A DNA stretch of 20,000 bases from contig CALSCO010000306.1 in the NCBI GenBank assembly GCA_943704415.1, forward strand, positions 45,606-65,605. Reading direction: 5' to 3'. The notes beneath the pieces are model-generated. The model was not told the DNA's origin. It searched no databases and saw only the letters and a program-made list of their open reading frames with translations. Shown piece after piece: positions 19,515 through 20,000 of this stretch (positions are counted from its first letter, which is position 1; each line of letters starts with the position of its first letter). Position numbers and translations under genes: made by a program. The stretch is from Parvularia atlantis. Lineage: Eukaryota.

Positions 19515-20000
19515 GACTCAACAGATAAACTTCACTGCACAAATGTTGCAAACGTACCCAGCTCCGAGTCTACCTGCAGTTGTCAGTGCAGCTGTAACGG
19601 TAATAATCTGTCTTCGGCCGCGCGCCGCCAGTCGCAAAAGAGCGGGCCGACTCAGCAAGTGCCTGCGTCGAAGTGCGCGAAGGACAAGAGGGGTGGCTCG
19701 CATCGACACGAAGTGACGAGGTGCGGATTACTTGCACGTGTGGCGTGTGTGGCAGCTGATCGGCGTGCGCAGTGACCCCAACGCCCAGAATAATTATTTA
19801 TTTTTGACGTGCGACGCCAGGTCCATCTGCTGCCGCCGCCACGTGCTCGCGAGCCTGAGTGCAACGACAGCGGCTGCTGTCTGCCGTGATGCGCCTGACG
19901 GACAGTGCTCATGGCCTTTCACAACTGAAGAGCGCACGCATCAGTCGCGGCGCAGTTGGCTCACAGACGTCGCCACCACGTGCGGTCGCGTTCGGGTGCG

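Noticed and set aside
18054..19775. 573-aa plus-strand ORF
   Set aside because: Antisense shadow of the ceramidase-like gene caused by high GC3; no motifs.
19515..20000. Short ORFs at the window end
   Set aside because: No convincing coding signal; probably the upstream region of the ceramidase-like gene.

Overview
Gene-dense, very GC-rich eukaryotic DNA. The fungal-like Ras and Bud4/anillin-like gene suggest a holomycotan or early-diverging opisthokont (inference). Manual splicing gives 8 complete protein genes plus the 3' end of a ninth: Ras GTPase (-), LYAR-type zinc-finger nucleolar protein (+), a ~970-aa polyQ disordered protein (-), an ankyrin/C2/PH anillin(Bud4)-like protein (-), a LysM protein (-), an SDR oxidoreductase (-), an unknown 15-exon protein (+), and an intronless secreted ceramidase-like protein (-). 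About 53 short spliceosomal introns (mostly 44-75 nt, GTGCG donor, CTRAC/CTCAC branch site) were identified. The most notable signal is a ~110-nt single-hairpin H/ACA-like (AGA-box) snoRNA candidate in the only long LYAR intron. Other points of interest: a likely horizontally acquired intronless gene, a CHR/CRE/CCAAT promoter on the anillin-like gene, a GC-AG intron, and a 46-nt gap between two co-oriented genes. Most long ORFs in the supplied track are high-GC shadow ORFs.
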